Positions 30,921 through 43,491 of a stretch of DNA of 64,000 nt are shown piece after piece. The notes beneath the pieces were generated by a model. The model was not told the origin of the DNA. It did no database searches and was given only the letters and a program-made list of their open reading frames with translations. How positions within the stretch are numbered: position 1 is the first letter of the stretch; each line of letters opens with the position of its first letter. Position numbers and translations under genes: made by a program. The DNA is from Eledone cirrhosa (lineage: Eukaryota): assembly GCA_964016885.1 (NCBI GenBank), contig OZ024746.1, positions 90,458,001 through 90,522,000 on the forward strand, read 5' to 3'.

Positions 30921-31683
30921 ACAAGAGTAAATTTTGGGATGTACAAGCATGTAGACCTGACTGTATGGTTTAAAAGTTTGATTTGTAGCTACGTGGTTCC
31001 ATGTTTGGTCTCCCTACACTTCATCTTCATCAACTGTTTTCTACAATAACTTTGGGTTGATCAATGTCTTGAGAGTGGAATTTAGTATATGGTAACTATG
31101 CCAAAGCTTATCTATGGAAAGGCATCCAGATGTAAAACACTGTCTTTAAAAGTCCTATCCAAACCATGCTAGCATAGAAAAGCAGATGTAAATAGTTTCT
31201 GATTCAGGCACAAGGCGAACAATTTTGGGGGAATGGAAAGTTGATTAAATTGACCCCAGTGCATGGCTGGTACTTTATTTTATCAACCTCATAAGGATAA
31301 AAAGCAAAGCCTACCCTGGCAGGATTTGAACTCAGAATGTAAAGAACCGTAACTCTATGCTGCTAAGCATGTTGTTCGATGCTCTACTGATTCTGCCAAT
31401 TCAGTGCCCTAGCAGATGTAAAAATAACGACAATGTGTGTATTTGGTGTACTTATATAACGTATGTGTATATCTTTAGATGATGTATATAAGTAAGAAAA
31501 CAAATATACTGGTGCTTTCAAACAAAATACACTTGTGTGGTATTTGTGATGCTACACAAAGACAAGGCAAAGCCTTCATTGGTGTAGGGGCTTCATTGGA
31601 TAGTAGTTATAAAAAAAATAACTAAGTCTCATTTGACATATTGCAGCTTCTTTTTCCAATCATTACTTAGATAAAAGTAAACT

Positions 31684-31880
31684 ACAGGGTGACCACAAAA
31701 ACACTCCTTCATTTCAAATATTGATATGTTGCAAAGAGTCTGGACTGAGCTTGATTATCACATTGATGTTTGCCGAGTAAGGGGCACACATCGAGTGTCT
31801 ATGATATCAACCAATACCACATGAAATTTTGTTAGTTTATGCAACTGTAGCCACCAATATTATAAGAATATTCATTTAAG
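31684..31880 (+). mobile_element. Tc1/mariner transposon remnant
   Basis: TACAGGGTG terminus and WTELDYHIDVCRV...G.HIE.L-like transposase C-terminus. Confidence 0.5.
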
Positions 31881-32151
31881 TTTTCATATTACAGGTAAAA
31901 TTCTGTTATAACGAATACCATTATAACAAATTTTTCAATATAACAAAATAATGTTCAATCCCCTTCGTTATAACGAAATTCACAGGGTATAAAAAAAAAT
32001 TTGTTGTAACGAAAAATTCTTTCTTCGTTACAACAAATTTTTTTTTATCACCCTATGAATTTCGTTATAACGAAATTTCACTGCATAAGTATTTGAAATC
32101 AAGGAGTGTTTTTGTGGTCAGGCTGTATATCTCACAAGAGAACCTACTTAC

Positions 32152-32303
32152 CATGTCCATAAACAGTACCATGTTTTCCACAGAGCCTCCAGTCAAATCC
32201 CTTACGACATATTGGCTCCACCACTTTACTTTTTGTACCATGGAATAGTTGTCTTTCCTCAACATTCAGACCATCATTCTCTTGTACCATCTCACGTTTT
32301 TTT
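32152..32303 (-). CDS. PARP-family gene exon with catalytic His (KKREM...ERQLFHGT...ICRKGFDWRLCGKHGTVYGHG)
   Basis: 152 nt, atttcag/gtaagt, phase 2 to 1; FHGT and GFDWR.CG.HGT.YG.G are typical of the PARP7/11/12 group. Confidence 0.95.
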
Positions 32304-35300
32304 CTGAAATAGTAGAAAATACAAATTATGTTGTTTTTTTTCTTAGAAATAGTAGGAAATAAATATTTAACCCTTTAGCACTTAAACTTGCCATGTCCGG
32401 CCAGAATTATCTCACCTCTTTCTGATCAAACAGATGTTAAGGTATTGTTCTCAAAATAAATAACATCAAAATCTCATAGATTTGATATTATGTGAGATAA
32501 TTATGTCAGATAAAGCCTTTACCACAAAAAACAATAACATATATAGAGTAATGTAAATGCTAAAGGGTTAAGCCATTAGCATTTACATTACTCTATATTT
32601 ACTATTATATTTTCACAGTAAACATTTTATGTCACATGATTATTTCATATAGTATCGAATCTATGAAATTTTGATATCATTTATTTTGAGAACAATACCT
32701 TAATGTCAGTATGAGTGTTAGTTATGGCCAGTTTGAACAGAAAGAGGTGAGAGAATTCTGGCCAGATATGGCTAAAGTGTTAAACTTTTGTTGAAGAATA
32801 TAATATTAAGGACAACATTTGAATGATTCTGGTCAAATTTGATTGGCATAAACCTTTCCATTAAGATATTTTTTATGAAAGGTATTGCCTATAGATTTTA
32901 AATAGTTTTGAAAATAATCAATAATTTGGAAGTATTTATTAATATAACTTTCTCATTATCAAACTGGTGAAGGAACATAGCCTAATGGTTAGTAAGCTTG
33001 CCGTATAATCGTAATGTCATCGGTTCAATTCCTGGACAGGCTGCTGCAGTGTGTTCTTGAGCAAACCACTTTATTTCACACTGCTCCAGTACACTCAGCT
33101 TGGGAGTTAATCTGGCAATAGACTGGTGTCCTATCCAGGGAGAGTCTTGTACTCTCAGTTGCTTAACGCCAAAGAAACCAGGGATAAGCACTGGCCTGAT
33201 GAGCCTTCAGCTTTGAACATCAAACTGGTTTTAGGAACATAACTTAACAAGGGTTCTTACATAAAACTTTGAGGGAAGGTTTATAGATAAATATCAACAT
33301 TTTTAAAACAAACAACTTTGTATTGTAGAACCAGAGGTGGTTTCAGGTGGTTTGGTTATAAAAAGAAATAAAAGACACTCCTTAAAATCTAACCTTAACT
33401 TGAGTGTCAATCAATTCATGATAAATATATTTTCTGTCTTTGCAATGGTATGGTATAGGGGCACCATATTGACATACAGTGTTTCTATGGCATTTTAAGC
33501 CTGGCAGAGCCTAAGCCTCTCCAGGACTGAGTTCAGTAGATTTCTTCCAGAGAAAGATAGAAGGTGAGAGAGAAGAAATGAGAAAGAGATATAGATGAAG
33601 AATCGAGCCCAGTAGTAGACTGGTACTTTTTTTATCAACCTCGAAATGATGAAAAGCAAAGTTAACCTCAGTGGGATTTTAAATTAGAAGACTCACAAAA
33701 AACCTAAATATTTCACCAGTCATCTATGATCTGATGTAACAGACTATAATTCTCTGGCAGGGTTAACCCTTTAATGTTCAAACCGGCCAGAATTCTCTAC
33801 CTTTTTCTGTTGAAACTGGTTGTAACTGGTCACTCAAACTGATGTTAAGGTATTGTTCTCAAAATAAATACTTTCAAAATCTCATAGATTCGATATTATG
33901 CGAGATAATTATGCGAGATAAAGCCTTTACCATGAAAATATAATAGTATATATAGAGTAATGTGAATGCTAAAGGGTTAAATATGGCTGAAACATGCCAG
34001 GAGTTGTCACTGTATTGTTAAAAATCAGACTCCTTTCCTACAGCGTTCTATTTTTAATTCAAATTCTGGGATGGAGGATGGGGTGTCAACTCTTGCCTTG
34101 CTGTTGCAATAATAGCCTAGGCATAAAATAAGCACCCCTCTGATTTCACCATTGAGTGATTTGTGTTAAGATGACCATTCAACAATAAACATTTGTTTTG
34201 ACAGGTTTTCCAGATACTCACAATTGCTAAACCAATCCTAAACATGCAATTTTGGGAAATGGGAGAAACAGAAGTTCCAAAATTCAAATTTTAAAATATT
34301 TGTTATAAAAAATAACAATAAAATAATAAAAAAATAAACTGAATCTATTCTAGTTCAATGTCTACATACTTAATTCTAAATATAACATAAGAAAAAATAA
34401 AACATCTTTGTTTCCTTTAAACCTTTAACATATAAATCGGCAATATCCGGCCAGAATTCTCTTGCCTCTTTCTCAAAATGGCTGTAACCGGCTGCTCATA
34501 CTGATGTTAAGGTATTGTTCTCAAAATAAATAATATCAAAATCTCATAGATTCAGTATTATGAGAGATAATTATGTGAGATAAAGCCTTTACAATGAAAA
34601 CATAAAAGTAAATATTGAGTAATGTAACTGCTAAGTGTTAAAGTATGTTTGACATTAAATACTATAAAAGAAGTATTCAGAATATTACTGGTACTCTGTC
34701 AGAGTGTTCCAGTTGATATGATCAATGGAACAGCTCAGGAAATTAATATTCATGTGGCTGAGCATTCCACAGACACATGTACCCTTAACGTAGTTCTAAG
34801 AGAGATTCAGTGACACAATTCAAATTACAGGTACAACTCATTTTTGCCAGCTGAATAGACTGGAGCAGCATGAAATAAAGCATCTTGCTGAAAGACACAA
34901 CGTGCCACTGGGAATCAAACTCTTGACCTTACGAGTGTGAGCCGAATACCCTAACCACAAAGCCACGCACCTATTTCAGAATATAGATCTAATTAAACCC
35001 ACTGAAAGGACACATATTGGAATGATGATCATGATGATGGTGATGACAATGAACTAAGAGAAAGAAGGTGAGAAAGAGAGAGAGAGAAACAGGGTGTGAT
35101 AGAGAAAGAGAGAGAGAAAGAGAGCGTGTGTGTGCACTTGTGTTTGTAGTATCAGCATCAATCTAGATGTGTAAGCTATGTTCTAATGAGGGTTACTCTC
35201 AACTTTCTAGTAAGCCACTAATTGAAGCTGGAGAATTTTCTGACTCGAGGAAGATTGATCTTTAGGATAGCAACCAATTCAGAAAGGAAATTCATAATTG

Positions 35301-36155
35301 GGAGCTTCACCTAAACTTTCATTCAATTAAATATCTAATATATATTTAAGGAGGAGATGACGAGGGAACACAAACCTATCCAACCCATGCAAGCGTAGAA
35401 AAATGGACATGATGATGATGGCCACATCATTAAGTCGTCGTGAACTTTAAAACAACACTCTAGAAACAGCATTCTCAGTTATTGAAGGCAGGGTTAAAGC
35501 TAGAATACCAATCAAATGGTTAGTTCCATGCCATAAGTCTACTCAAGTAAAGCTGACCAAAGTCACAGCCAACAAATACTCTGTTAGAAAGGACATCCAA
35601 CTGTAGAAACTTTGCCAAAAACTGGAACAGATATAAGCAAGACATGGCCCCTGGCCAGGAGGAAGTTGTCCTGATTAAATACTGATTGATTGTAACAACC
35701 CATCCAACCCATGCTAGCATGGAAAAATAGACATAAAATGATGATGATGATATATATAATTGCTTCTACTTTTGGCACAAGGCCAGCAATAACCCAGTGC
35801 ATTACTGGTACTTTATTTCATCGACCCCCATAAGGATGAAAGGCAAAGTTAAGCTCGGCGGGATTTGAACTCAGAATGGCAAGGGCTGTAACTCTATGCA
35901 TCAAAGCATGGTGTCCGACCCTCTACCGATACATATATATAATGTTTGTATGTACTTATGTATCATGCACATATAAATATATATATCACTTTACATCCAT
36001 AAATATATATATATATTTATTGAAGTAAAGTGATATATATATTTATATGTGCATGATACATAAGTACATACATACATTATATCTATATATGTGTGTGTGT
36101 GTGTGTGTGTATATATGTGTGTATATGTTTATATATATATATATGTATATGTATA

Positions 36156-37161
36156 TCTATATATATAAAGTTGTAGTTCCTGTCTATTTGTTTGTTCACG
36201 AACTCCTCCTATGGTTTTGGAGATAGAGCCCCATAATCATATCTAAGTACAAAGCGAAACCTACAGTCAGTAGGCACCTCTAACAAAATACACCCCCATC
36301 CCACTACCCCCACCCGATCCACACCACCCCCTTAAATGTGAAGTTATGTTGGTACCACAACATCCAGTCCGAAACAAATGAGGTCGTGTAGGTGTCACGA
36401 CAAAAAAACACACAGTCCACGCTGTAATGTGGCGGTGTAGGTAACTAGGTAACACGGTAAAAACCTTCCACACTGTAAACGTGGTTGGTGTTAGGAAGGG
36501 CATCCAGCCATAGAAAACCCGCCAGACAGTCCTATACGAGCAGGACAACCAATCTTGCCTCAAGTGGGAAAACTCCCGTCCAAACCCATGCAAGCGTGGA
36601 AGATGGACGTTACACGATGATGATGATGATGATTCTGAAACTACATTGCCCAGGGTACTAGGATAAGTATATTTCCTTTTAATCAAAGGGTTCCCTATGG
36701 GTATGGATCTGACAAACCCATGTTTCAGTCATGGCATGTTTTATGTGGCTGTTTCAAGGACTGGAACTTCAAAAAATCTCTACATTTTAGCCAATCAAAA
36801 TAAGACAAGAAATGTTGTTTACCCTGAAGTTCTTCATTAGGTCAAAGTATGAAATATATTTTCATGTATTAAAAAATAAATAATTAAACTTTCAATTTCT
36901 AATTTGAAAATAATACTTTACACAAAAATGAAACGATCAAGTTTTGAATTGATATTTGGAAAAAAATTATTTATACGGAACAAAAGAAGAATAAGACTTA
37001 ATAATGTAATTTTGATTTGATATATTACAAAAAATAATCTTTTCCAATTTTTCATGCATTACATTTTACATTGAGTAATATTGAAATGCAGAGTTTTTCT
37101 CCATAAATTATATCAGTGATTGATTGTGTGAAATGCAGCAAGGAGCGGGTAATTCGGCTAG
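36156..37161 (+). mobile_element. Non-autonomous Helitron with Pif1-helicase C-terminal remnant; RTE 3' UTR nested at 36267-36633
   Basis: A|TCTATATATATAAAG 5' end and ...ttcggCTAG|T 3' end. 36697-36840 translates MGMDLTNPCFSHGMFYVAVSRTG...KTRNVVYPEVLH*, the RepHel C-terminal motif. Confidence 0.8.
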
Positions 37162-37201
37162 TATATATATATATGTATGTATGTATATATATGTATATAT
37201 T

Positions 37202-37255
<54 letters not shown>

Positions 37256-37393
37256 AATGTAGAAAAGTAACACACAAGTTGTTAATATAAAAACATAAAG
37301 GAGAGAGGAAAAAAATTTTTTCAGTAGAAAATGCTGAAGATATTCTTTCAATATATCAAAACATTTATTTATAAAGTGGATATTTCCACATTT

Positions 37394-37431
37394 ATAATAC
37401 CAGTTTCAGCATTATATGCTTTTTCAACTGC
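37394..37431 (-). ncRNA. Degenerate minimal hammerhead-like motif (U3/A8 variant)
   Basis: gcag TTGAAAA agcat-ata-atgct GAAA CtgG TA ttat; stem I weak. Confidence 0.4.
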
Positions 37432-37584
37432 GGATATGCATAATGTAGTTATGTTGCATATTTATATGAATAATAAAAAGGGGAAGAAAAATTATTAGTG
37501 TTTACATACATATTTAGAGAGGAAAGTTCATATCTCTGTCCGTGTTTGTCCTTCATTCTCTGTTATATATATATGTGTGAGTTT

Positions 37585-38850
37585 ATGTAGTTTATTATTG
37601 TCCTACAGGCTACAACAGAAGGGTTTAAGACTGGCTGCCCATGGGAACTTTTATATGCAGATGATCTAACTCTCATAGCTAAATCCATGGCTGAACTAGT
37701 GAAGAAGTTCCAAACATGGAAGCTTGGCTTAGAATCAAAAGGCCTTAGAGTCAACTTGTCTAAGACTAAGATTTCAGTATGTAGAAAGGAGAATAGGACA
37801 CAGGTACCCTCTGAGAAATGACCATGCTCAGTGTGTAAGAAAGGAGTAGGTAGAAACTCCATTCTATGCCCCAAATGCAAACTATGGGTACATAAAAGAT
37901 GTAGTGGGATCACAGGTAAGCTATCTAAGAATGTAGATTTTATATGTGGCCGATGCTCAGGTGCTATAAGTAGCAAGGGCCCACTGGTTGCTATTTCCTT
38001 CAACTGCCCAGATGGTCCTATAGAAATAGTAGACACTTTCCGTTACCTGGGTGACAAAATGAGCAGTGGAGGAGGGAGCTCTGAAAGTGCAGTAGCCAGA
38101 GTTAGAATGGGATGGAAAAAGTTCAGGGAGTTAATACTGTTATTGGCCACAAGGGGTTTTTCTCTAAAAGTGAAAGGCAGATTACATGATGCCTGTATAC
38201 AAACAGTGAGATTACATAGTGAGACTTGGGTATTGCGTGCTGAAGACTTGCGTAGATTAGAAAGAAATGAAGCTTGCATGCGTATGAGGCTTGGATGTGT
38301 AATAGTAATGTACATGAATGGCGAAGCATAAACGAATTGAGAGAGAGACTAAGCATAAGAGGTATCAAATGTTGTGTTCTGGAGAGGAGATTGCGTTGGT
38401 ATGGACATGTGATGCATATGAAGGACGACAGCTGTATAAAAAAGTGCAGGGCAATGAACATTGATGGAAGCTACGGAGTGGGTAGACCAAGAAAAACCTG
38501 GGATGAGGTGATAAAAACTGATCTTGTCCACCTACACCTCTCTAAGACAATGTTATTGGATTGAGATCTTTGGCACCATGCAGTTGTACAGAAGCCCAGC
38601 CTTCCCTTGCATACAAACCAACAGTCAGTAGGTACCTCTTAACCCATCCTCCCAATTCTGTCCACTGTGTCGGTGACACAACTAAAAGCACCCAGTCCAC
38701 ACTGTAAAGTGGTCGTATAGGAGATACGGTAAAAAGGCTCCAGTCCACACTGTAAATGTGGTTGGTGTTAGGAAGGGCATCCAGCTGTAGAAAACCTGCC
38801 AGAGACAGTTCTGTATGAGCGAGATACGGTCTCCTGACCAATCCCACTTA
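37585..38850 (+). mobile_element. 5'-truncated, degraded RTE LINE of the same family
   Basis: FIIVLQ..GCPWELLYADD, PHD cysteines, FRYLGD, RLRWYGHV, with stops and frameshifts; followed by the family 3' UTR. Confidence 0.9.
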
Positions 38851-38985
38851 TAATAGAATAGAATTATAAGTTGAGCCAACTTATGCAGCTTCATATGCAA
38901 ATGTGATTAATCACCTCATTTACTCAAACGAGAAAACCATATATTCTCAACTGTTTTCAAGTCCATCAGTCCCAAGAGTGGGAGG

Positions 38986-39031
38986 GATCGTCCTGATGAG
39001 AACCAGTTCAGTTCAAAATGCATTGACGATT
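38986..39031 (+). ncRNA. Minimal type I hammerhead-like motif (G12A)
   Basis: gatcgtc CTGATGA gaac-cagttca-gttc AAAA tgca TT gacgatt; palindromic ATGCAT stem III; GAAA to AAAA fits CpG decay. Confidence 0.6.
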
Positions 39032-39547
39032 GTCCCCCTTGCTTCTGCTGGACACCACCAGAGTACGATGTGTTTTTGCATAGCTACGGCTTTCTAAATG
39101 TTTATTGATAAATATACCGTGCTTCTTTAGAAATATGAAATTCCAATACATATATATATATATATAGGTCGGCCTGCCCGCCCAGCCAGTGGAATGGGGT
39201 CATCGTATGGTTAAAACAGCATGTGCTATGACCAGCGGTGCCGAATGGCGCCCGACAGACTGGTCGGTCAAGGTGTTCAAGGTGATATATATAGGTATTA
39301 GAGATGAAAATTAATTGCGTCTCTAGGTGGCATGCCAAGATGAGCACTCGATGGTCATGGGGAGCAGAGTATAAATAATAATATATAAGGGAACAAATCC
39401 TCAGATATGTGTTCACATATCCGGACAACTTCCGATTCTAGAGTCAGGATCGATCATTAATTGATCGTTCCTTGAGCTGATCAGCAGTGAAACATATGTA
39501 ATTGAATATGTATATGATGCAACACTGATTCTTTGTTCCCTTATATA

Positions 39548-39605
<58 letters not shown>

Positions 39606-40296
39606 TACATATACACACACACATATCCTAAATTATTGGAATATCCAAGCTGCTTCTTACATGGCAAAACTGCAGTTGGGACATCGAAGTAAATAGGTAA
39701 CTTTTTATCTTGTTTGCTTTTTCCACTTACGATTTGATATATACATATATATATGCCAGGTGCTGCTATTAAGTTAGACATGGCCTGGGCCAATACTGGC
39801 CCAATGTTATCAAAGTTATATATATATATAAGATCCCATTAAGGGTGAAAGCAGCGATTCTTTGCTTAAACTTTAATCTGTTATTTTAATATATATATAT
39901 ATATATATATATAGTAATAATAATAAATGTGAAGACTAAAATCCAAAGAGCGCTTGATAAGGATAAATATATATCAAATATATAAGAACGCTAGAGCAAA
40001 TATTTATCAAAAGTTTCAGAAGATCCCGTTAAGGCTGAAAGCAGCGATACTTTGCTTAAACTTTAATCTGTTATTTTAATATATATATAAAGCACCCAGT
40101 TGACACTGTAAAGTGGTTGTGTAGGTGTCACAACAAAAAGCACTCAAACCACTCTGCAAATGTGGTTGGTGTTAGGAAGGGCATCCAGCCATAGAAACCA
40201 AGCCAAAATCGATTCTCTATGAGCAAGACAGTCATCTGATCATCTAACCCATACTCGCATGGAAAAATGAACATTAAACGCTGGTGGTGATAATGA

Positions 40297-40331
<35 letters not shown>

Positions 40332-40464
40332 TGTAAATATATTCTTTTACAAGTTTTACAGCATGAATCAATTTTCCTATACACTCCCATACATGCACCA
40401 GTTCTTCTCCAAAGGCGGCAATGTATATTGTTATCTATTACCAGTTTACCAGAATGATACTTAC

Positions 40465-40610
40465 AAGCAGTAATATTTCCATAAAATAGGATTTTGAATT
40501 CGAGAGATTCGTACTATTTCAGTGGCTGGATAATGCATTGACGACAAAAACATTCTAGACACATTGACGTATTCTTGAGAATCGGTATCCAAAACAAATA
40601 GCTGATTACT
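40465..40610 (-). CDS. PARP-family gene exon: start of catalytic domain (SNQLFVLDTDSQEYVNVSRMF...IVRISRIQNPILWKYYC)
   Basis: 146 nt, tttttttcag/gtaagt, phase 0 to 2; EY..V...F and I.RIQN..LW motifs. Too short for the ORF track; translated manually. Confidence 0.93.
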
Positions 40611-40777
40611 CTGAAAAAAAAAAAGAAGAATGTTAAATTTAAAAAGAAAAAGAGAGATATCTCAGATATGCCCGCTGCATGGAAAATAATAGTTAAATAT
40701 GGTTCGTGCAGAATACATCAAAAAGCTAATTCAGAATACTTATTTAGTGAGGGAAAATCTATATTAGTTCAATGACT

Positions 40778-41543
40778 TATAGCAGTTTCTTATTTAGGTA
40801 CAAAGCCAACAACTTTCAGGGCGGGGCGATTAAAATCAACTACAGTGCATTAAATTTATTGATCCCATTAGGATGAAAAGCAAAGCTAATCTTGGCAGGA
40901 TTTGAACTCAGAACGTAATGGGCCATAACTTTATACAGCAAAGCATAGTGTCTGATGCTCTACCAATGCTGCCAACCCAGTACCCTTAGTTCAATGACTA
41001 ATAATTGTTTCTACTTTTGGCACAAGGCCAGCAATTACCCAGTACTTACTGGTACTTTATTTTATCGACCCCGTAAGGATGAAAGGCAAAGTTAATCTCG
41101 ACGGGATTTGAACTCAGATCGTAAAGGGACGTAACTATGCTGGAAAGCATGGTGTCCGACCCTCTAGCGATACTGTCAATTCACCGCCCTTAGTTCAATG
41201 ACTAATAATGATTTCTGATTTTGGCATCAGGCCAACAACTTTGGGGAGGGGAAAGTCGATTAAGTCGACCCCAGTTCATTACTGGTACTTTATTTTATCA
41301 ATCCCTTAAGGATGAAAGTCAAAGCTAACCTCGGCAAGATTTGATCTCAGAATGTAAAGGGCCGTATTTCTATGCCGCAAAGAATAGTGTCCAATGCTCT
41401 ACCAATACTGCCAACCCACCAATTTTAGTTCAATAACTAATAAGTTTCTACTTTAGGCACAAAGCCAGCAATTTGAAGGAGAGGAGAAAGTCAATTAAAT
41501 TGACCCCAGTGCATTACTTTATTTTATCGACCTCATAAAGCAA
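40778..41543 (-). mobile_element. Four head-to-tail tRNA-derived SINEs. Other copies: ~6030-6225, 9945-10142, 15425-15570, 27560-27875, 31195-31410, 35757-35932, 55270-55660, 57684-57902
   Basis: Pol III B box GAGTTCAAATCC; central gcctttcatccttacggggtcgataaaataaagtaccag (resembles the Meta-SINE central domain from memory, unverified); TSDs, e.g. agcagatgtaaa around 31195-31410. Confidence 0.8.
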
Positions 41544-41785
41544 AGTTCAGTAACTAATAATAATAATAGTTATTGAGTTAATATTTTCTTTTCCTCATTA
41601 TTTAAGTATTTCTAATTCTTACTACTATGCATTATGATTTACAAAAGACAACACCAACATTTAAAAAAAGTTGCTCACAGATTGAGGGAGAAAATCATTA
41701 AATTCTTATTGTAAGTTTTCAGATCAAAGGATCAAATTATATATTGTAATATAAAACAACACCTTCATTCCAAATTTAAAGTTAT

Positions 41786-42275
41786 ACAGGGTGGGGCATA
41801 AGTTCGGAAGCAAATTTTTGAAATTTGATTTCTAAAATGTTGTAAGTATATCATTAATCTTCTTTTATTTCCATGTTAAAACATTAGTCTATATAAACAT
41901 AATGGACTTTGAAAATATCATCCAACAGTTAAATAAAACTCAAACTTCATCGTGCCAGGAGTTCAGATTTGGATATTGCATGGTTAGGAAGGGCATCCAA
42001 CCGTAGAAAACCTGCCAGATAGTCCTATACAAGCGAAACACGGTCACCCGACCAATCTTATCTCAAATGGGACAATTCCCGTCTAACCCATGCTAGCGTG
42101 GAAGATAGACGTTAAACGATGATGAAGATGATGATGACTTTTGGTTGCAAGATCTACTTTTTAGAAAGCTTTGAAGCATTTTAAAGAACAAGGAGATTTG
42201 TCGGACCCAGAAGTGGAAGACCGCAAACAGACTCCTACTCACATTAAAGCCATTCAAGAAAGAATAAGAAAAAAG
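41786..42275 (+). mobile_element. Tc1-like transposon 5' remnant interrupted by an RTE tail
   Basis: TACAGGG terminus; frameshifted FKEQGDL...RSGRP HTH-linker-like sequence at ~42180-42230. Confidence 0.45.
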
Positions 42276-43258
42276 AGGATAGGCTGACTATGAAGGAGTA
42301 ATGCAAGAGCTGTAAAATCTTGCATTAACCCTTTAGTTACAACCCAGCTCTGGTTCTATGAAATAAAACCACCCATTTTAAAGGTTTCCAATTTAAATTA
42401 AAATCTTCCAACATAATTTTATATAACAACTGTACATGAAATGATTAATAATTTTAGTAAATCCCTCAAAATTCTTCATTAACTAATTAAAATAGAGTGT
42501 ATTTCATTAGAAATGCAGTCTGGAAGGGGGAATTTCAGTTCTGCTTATTAATAATTGCATTGTTACTTTCCAGGGACTATGTTGAAAAATAAACATCATT
42601 TGGTCATTCCATGAGAGTATCTTGGTCAGTCTATGAACTTTTCAGCTGACCCTTATACATATATTCACAACTTTAGTTTACTAAAAGATAGATTTTCATT
42701 GGGACTCATTAATGTAATCACTGAGAGTGATTTAACACTTTAGCATTTACACTACTATTATATTTTCATGGTAAAGGCTTTATTTCACATAATATGGAAT
42801 CTATGAGATTTTGATGATGCTATTATTTATTTTTAGAACAATAATTTAATGTTAGTTTGTGTGGCCAATTATGGCTGGTGTGAACAGAAAGAGGTGAGAG
42901 AATTCTGGCCAGATATGGCTGGTTTAAACCTTTAGCATTTACATTACTCTATATGTGCTATTGTATTTTTGTGGTAAAGGCTTTATCTTACATAATATCT
43001 CACATAATATCGAATCTACGAGATTTTGATATTATCTATTTTGAGAACAATACTTTAACATCAGTATAAGTGGCCAGTTACAGTTGGTTTTAACAGAAAT
43101 AGGTGAAAGAATTCTGGCTGGATAAGGCTGGTTTAAATGTTAAAGGGTTAAAATATCTCGGATAAACTGCAAATATTAAGAAGGGATTGATTATAGCTTT
43201 CACTCAACTAATGAATATCAGAAATATATTTTCTTAATTTCCTTCTCCAACCACTTAC

Positions 43259-43491
43259 AAATTTTGATTCCATTTCAACCCAGTTTTCAGGTAAGCTGTC
43301 ATAACTGATTGCTAACCGCTTGCGAGGACGTTCAAGTTCTCCTACAGTCATTTCATTATCAGGCCCCACAGAGGCATCACTTGGAGAATAAGATTTCATT
43401 AACATATTTGTAATGAAATCAACATAGTATTGTTCAAGGACTTCTTCAAGAATATCCACAATCATTGCAGGCAAACAACGCCTCAGTTCAT
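43259..43491 (-). CDS. PARP-family gene, first recognisable exon (DELRRCLPAM...RPRKR...LPENWVEMESKF)
   Basis: ttttcag acceptor and gtaagt donor (phase 0). Ends in the P-x-x-W-x-x-M motif that precedes mono-PARP catalytic domains and joins the next exon in frame. Confidence 0.85.

Noticed and set aside
33190-33215. CTGATGAG as a hammerhead core
   Set aside because: Part of a SINE tail; no GAAA or stem III follows.
39470-39510. CTGATCA...GAAACATATGTA hammerhead-like string (also weak candidates at ~16170-16230 and ~19135-19195 on -)
   Set aside because: Core mismatches and no supportable stem I or II pairing.
41090-41190. tRNA genes suggested by GTTCAAATCC boxes
   Set aside because: They are SINE heads with no complete cloverleaf, continuing into SINE bodies.
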